A DNA stretch of 20,000 nt from an uncultured virus (IMG/VR IMGVR_UViG_3300025108_000038) (Duplodnaviria > Heunggongvirae > Uroviricota > Caudoviricetes > Crassvirales), in IMG/VR virus record IMGVR_UViG_3300025108_000038; one strand, written 5' to 3'. A model generated the notes under the pieces. That model saw only the letters and a list, made by a program, of their open reading frames with translations, did no database searches and had not been told where the DNA came from. The position numbers were made by a program, and so were the translations under genes. How positions within the stretch are numbered: the first letter of the stretch is position 1; each line of letters starts with the position of its first letter. Of the stretch, positions 16,823 to 20,000 are shown piece by piece.

Positions 16823-18283
16823 ATGGCAGTAAATGTAACTCCAGGATTTGACTTGCAGCCAAGTGCGCAGCAAACTCCTTTATCAACAAACTACATAACT
16901 AACTTTGACTTCTTGAATCAGTATCTTCCTGATACTTATGAAAAGGAATTTGAGCGTTATGGAAATAGAACAGTAGCTTCATTCTTAAGAATGGTAGGTG
17001 CTGAAATGCCTTCTAACTCTGACCTTATCAAGTGGGCAGAACAAGGAAGATTACACACTAAATATCAAGCTTGTACATCTGCAGCAGCAGCAGGAGCTGA
17101 TGATGGTGTTTGGACTATTCCAAATAACATTACTAACTTTAACCCAGCTTTAGGTGGAACATCAAGTCAAGCAGCTTTAAGAGCTGGACAGACTGTAATG
17201 ATCTCTGACAACACAGCAGGTTCAACTTTACAAAACAAAGGTATTATTACTGTAGCTCCAACAGCTGCTAATCCAAACCAAGTTACAATTGCTTATTATG
17301 AAGCGGCTGGACAATCTATGGCAGCAGCAACATCATGTGATATATTTGTATATGGTTCTGAATTTGCAAAAGGAGTAAGCGGAATGCAAGGTTCTTTAGA
17401 ATCTGATGATTTTATCTTCCAAAACAAACCAATCATTATCAAAGACAAATATTCTGTTTCTGGTTCTGATATGGCTCAAATTGGATGGGTAGAAGTTACA
17501 TCTGAAAATGGTGCATCTGGATACTTATGGTATTTAAAATCTGAACACGACACAAGATTACGTTTTGAAGATTACTTAGAAACAGCAATGATTGAAGCAG
17601 TACCAGCAGCAGCAGGTTCTGGTGCAGGAGACTACTTACAAGGTACAGCAGCAGGTGCTTCTGTAGCAGGAGAGTCTGGATCTGAAGGAATTTTCTATGT
17701 AGTTGGACAAAGAGGTAATGTATTTGGTGGAGGAAATCCAACAACTTTAGCTCAGTTTGACAACATTATTCAAAGACTTGACAAGCAAGGATCTATTGAA
17801 GAGAATGTTATTTTTGTAGATCGTCAGTTTTCATTTGACATTGATGACATGTTAGCAGTACAAAACTCTTACGGAGCAGGTGGTACTTCTTACGGTTTAT
17901 TTGACAATGACAAAGACATGGCTTTAAACTTAGGTTTCACAGGATTCCGTAGAGGATATGACTTTTACAAGTCTGACTGGAAATACTTAAATGATCCTAC
18001 AATGAGAGGTGGTCTTAATGCAGGTAAAGTCAATGGACTTTTAGTTCCAGCTGGATCTACAACTGTATACGATCAAATTTTAGGCAAGAACGCAAAGCGT
18101 CCTTTCTTACACGTTCGTTACAGAGCTTCAGAGACTGAAGACAGACGTTACAAATCTTGGATTACTGGTTCAGCTGGTGGAGCAAGAACAAGTGACTTAG
18201 ATGCAATGGAAGTAAACTTCTTGAGTGAAAGAGCTGTATGTACTTTAGGTGCAAACAACTTCTTCCTATTTCAAGATTCATAG
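16823..18283 (+). CDS. Major capsid protein
   Basis: 486 aa after the scaffold, with biased codon use (TTC, AAC, GAC, CGT) suggesting high expression and a strong terminator downstream. Motifs include WAEQGRLH, GFRRGYDFY and FLSER..C.LGANNF. Confidence 0.85.
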   Translation: MAVNVTPGFDLQPSAQQTPLSTNYITNFDFLNQYLPDTYEKEFERYGNRTVASFLRMVGAEMPSNSDLIKWAEQGRLHTKYQACTSAAAAGADDGVWTIPNNITNFNPALGGTSSQAALRAGQTVMISDNTAGSTLQNKGIITVAPTAANPNQVTIAYYEAAGQSMAAATSCDIFVYGSEFAKGVSGMQGSLESDDFIFQNKPIIIKDKYSVSGSDMAQIGWVEVTSENGASGYLWYLKSEHDTRLRFEDYLETAMIEAVPAAAGSGAGDYLQGTAAGASVAGESGSEGIFYVVGQRGNVFGGGNPTTLAQFDNIIQRLDKQGSIEENVIFVDRQFSFDIDDMLAVQNSYGAGGTSYGLFDNDKDMALNLGFTGFRRGYDFYKSDWKYLNDPTMRGGLNAGKVNGLLVPAGSTTVYDQILGKNAKRPFLHVRYRASETEDRRYKSWITGSAGGARTSDLDAMEVNFLSERAVCTLGANNFFLFQDS

Positions 18284-18299
18284 TAAATAGTAGTAATAT

Positions 18300-18337
18300 T
18301 TACCCTCGTTATAATGACGAGGGTAATTATTTTTTTT
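18300..18337 (+). terminator. Rho-independent terminator after the capsid gene
   Basis: TTACCCTCGT-tataatg-ACGAGGGTAA perfect 10-bp stem followed by TTATTTTTTTT. Confidence 0.88.
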
Positions 18338-18362
18338 AAAAATCAAATTAAATTATATTATA

Positions 18363-19118
18363 ATGAAATCAAAAAAAGAACAGTACAAAGCGAAAGCTTA
18401 TCGATTAAAAGGAGATAAATCTCCTCTATCTTACATGTTGTCTTCAAGACACTCACAAAGATCACCCTTATTACATTTTGACGAAGAACAAGGAAATAAC
18501 AGACCTTTACGTTATGCTCGTAATCAAAAGTCACCTTTTGAAGATGAACAGGATGGTAATGCTATCTTAGAACCTATTGTGTTTGAAGATGGAATGCTTT
18601 CAGTTTCAAAAGAAAATCAAGTTTTACAAAAATTTTTAGAACTACATCCAAGTAATGGATATGTATTTGAGGAAATAAACCATGAACGTGATGCTGCTGT
18701 TGAATTAGAGTGGGTTGAGTTTGAGTTGGAAGCTCAAATAGAAGCTAAAAAAATAACTAAAGATATTTCTAAACTTACACAAATATGCAGAGTATTAATG
18801 GGTAACGCTGTAGAAAAAATGACAACAGCTGAATTAAAAAGAGACATATTAGTTTATTCTAAAAATAATCCTCATGACTTTTTAGATACTGTAAACGATC
18901 CTATGTTAGAGCTTATGGATGATGTTTACCAATTTTTTAATTTATCCTTTTTAACTTTAAGAAATAATGGAAAGGATGTATATTACAATCTTCCAAACAA
19001 TAAAAAGAAAATGCTAACAGTTCCTTTTGGAGAAGATAAAAACTTTATTGTAGCATCTTTCATGAAAAGCGATGATGGTTTAGAAGTTTATAAACTATTA
19101 AAAAATAAATTAAAATAA
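18363..19118 (+). CDS. Hypothetical protein following the capsid gene (probable virion or assembly protein)
   Basis: 251-aa clean ORF (LRYARNQKSPFEDEQ, FEDG.L.V, LQKFL.LHP). Function inferred from position. Confidence 0.7.
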   Translation: MKSKKEQYKAKAYRLKGDKSPLSYMLSSRHSQRSPLLHFDEEQGNNRPLRYARNQKSPFEDEQDGNAILEPIVFEDGMLSVSKENQVLQKFLELHPSNGYVFEEINHERDAAVELEWVEFELEAQIEAKKITKDISKLTQICRVLMGNAVEKMTTAELKRDILVYSKNNPHDFLDTVNDPMLELMDDVYQFFNLSFLTLRNNGKDVYYNLPNNKKKMLTVPFGEDKNFIVASFMKSDDGLEVYKLLKNKLK

Positions 19119-19138
19119 AACTAACTAACCAGAAAGAG

Positions 19139-19168
19139 AAAGTCGCCTAATAAGGTGACTTTTTTTTT
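19139..19168 (+). terminator. Rho-independent terminator
   Basis: AAAGTCGCC-taataa-GGTGACTTT stem (one G-U pair) plus T run. Confidence 0.8.
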
Positions 19169-19170
19169 AC

Positions 19171-19178
19171 TATCTTTG
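19171..19178 (+). promoter_or_regulatory. Bacteroidota -7 element TATCTTTG
   Basis: TAnnTTTG directly after the terminator T run, 33 nt upstream of ATG19212. Confidence 0.7.
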
Positions 19179-19211
19179 TACTTTATTAACCCATTAAAAA
19201 CTTTTTATAAA

Positions 19212-19490
19212 ATGGCAAAATTTCTTAAAATTTCGAATGCTCCTATTACTGGTCAATTAATCAGTCTTGACGGAGTCAAAGCTATTGCTACAGCAACAGC
19301 AACAGCTACAGCAGTTACAATTGATTATGTTGATGGAACTACTACTACAGTAACAACAGCGGCTCAAGTAGGGCATGATGTTTACAATTCTATATTAGAT
19401 AATATGGAAGTAGCATTAGCTACATCTTGGCAAAAACCTTACTTTGAGGTTTTATTACCGAAAGCTGTTACAAGTATTGTTAATGCTTAA
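19212..19490 (+). CDS. 92-aa T/A/V-rich protein, possible virion decoration protein
   Basis: Start moved from GTG19155, which lies inside the terminator, to ATG19212 (MAKFLKISNAP...). It has its own promoter box and terminator. Confidence 0.75.
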   Translation: MAKFLKISNAPITGQLISLDGVKAIATATATATAVTIDYVDGTTTTVTTAAQVGHDVYNSILDNMEVALATSWQKPYFEVLLPKAVTSIVNA

Positions 19491-19516
19491 TAAGCAAATT
19501 AACTAACCAATACCTT

Positions 19517-19551
19517 AAGAGGCTACAAAAAAAAGTAGCCTCTTTTTTTTT
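19517..19551 (+). terminator. Rho-independent terminator
   Basis: AAGAGGCTAC-A8-GTAGCCTCTT perfect 10-bp stem plus T run. Confidence 0.88.
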
Positions 19552-19553
19552 GC

Positions 19554-19561
19554 TATCTTTG
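19554..19561 (+). promoter_or_regulatory. Bacteroidota -7 element TATCTTTG
   Basis: TAnnTTTG directly after the terminator, 15 nt upstream of ATG19577. Confidence 0.7.
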
Positions 19562-19576
19562 TAAAAAGAATTAATT

Positions 19577-20000
19577 ATGCCTATAAATGAAGTACGAAAT
19601 ACTGTATTAGCAATAGCCAATAAAAATAATTACGGATATATATCACCATCAGATTTTAATCTTTATGCTGGTCAAGCACAAATGGATATGTTTGAAGATT
19701 ATTTTTATCAATACAATAATCAATTAATAAAAGAAAACCAAAGAACTTCTGGCACTGGTTACGCAGATATTACTAAAGGTTTAGCAGAAGTTATTGATAC
19801 TTTTTATGTAAACACACCTTTATTAAATTCAGCAACAACACAGCTGGGTGGTATACAAACTAATTTGTATACACTGCCTTCTGATTATTATTTAATTAAT
19901 AAAATGATGGTATATACAAAAGAGTTAGCTGCAGGTACTACAACCTCAACCAATGGTGGCAGTGTGGCTGTAAACGACACTACAGCAGATTTTATTGCAG
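19577..20000 (+). CDS. 3'-partial structural protein, probable head-tail adaptor / ring protein (not in ORF track)
   Basis: MPINEVRNTVLAIANKNNYGYISPSDFNLYAGQAQMDMFEDYF...YTLPSDYY... is open to the window end. The N-terminal helices with AQ and the Y.LP.D motif resemble adaptor/ring proteins. Confidence 0.7.
   Translation, partial: MPINEVRNTVLAIANKNNYGYISPSDFNLYAGQAQMDMFEDYFYQYNNQLIKENQRTSGTGYADITKGLAEVIDTFYVNTPLLNSATTQLGGIQTNLYTLPSDYYLINKMMVYTKELAAGTTTSTNGGSVAVNDTTADFIA

Noticed and set aside
11643..17744. Short ORFs nested in terL, portal, scaffold and capsid genes (11643, 11795, 12207, 13849, 16667, 17496)
   Set aside because: They lie within or across well-supported genes, with no motifs or expression signals.
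19155..19211. N-terminal extension of the 111-aa ORF from GTG19155
   Set aside because: It runs through the terminator and the promoter box; ATG19212 is the plausible start.
1..20000. Active stop-codon reassignment (code 15 or 4)
   Set aside because: All large genes are intact under code 11 with no internal TAG or TGA. Only the weaker backup-stop pattern is reported.

Overview
A 20-kb AT-rich segment of a dsDNA tailed phage, with every credible gene on the + strand. The host is very likely a Bacteroidota (Flavobacteriia) bacterium: five intergenic TAnnTTTG -7 promoter boxes are present, and starts sit in A-rich contexts with no Shine-Dalgarno. Gene order: partial spike-base-like protein; a lysis region (55-aa holin-like ORF, T7-lysozyme-type amidase, three coupled very basic two-Cys mini-proteins, 3TM holin); fibre genes (one with a C-terminal S74 chaperone); small proteins; a tandem GroES-like protein; a 2OG-Fe(II) oxygenase; terS and terL; portal; scaffold; major capsid protein; further virion genes. 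The sizes and motifs of terL (749 aa), portal (811 aa) and capsid (486 aa) resemble the crAss-like / Cellulophaga phi38:1-type lineage of Bacteroidota phages. This is recognition from memory, not a database search. Most notable: the cationic two-Cys triplet inside a lysis cassette with no visible spanin, the double-domain GroES-like gene coupled to an oxygenase, a duplicated motif-terminator-promoter module flanking one gene, backup stops after every TAG, and a terL without a usable ATG start. Five ORFs missing from the supplied track were added. No tRNA, rRNA, CRISPR array or mobile element was seen.
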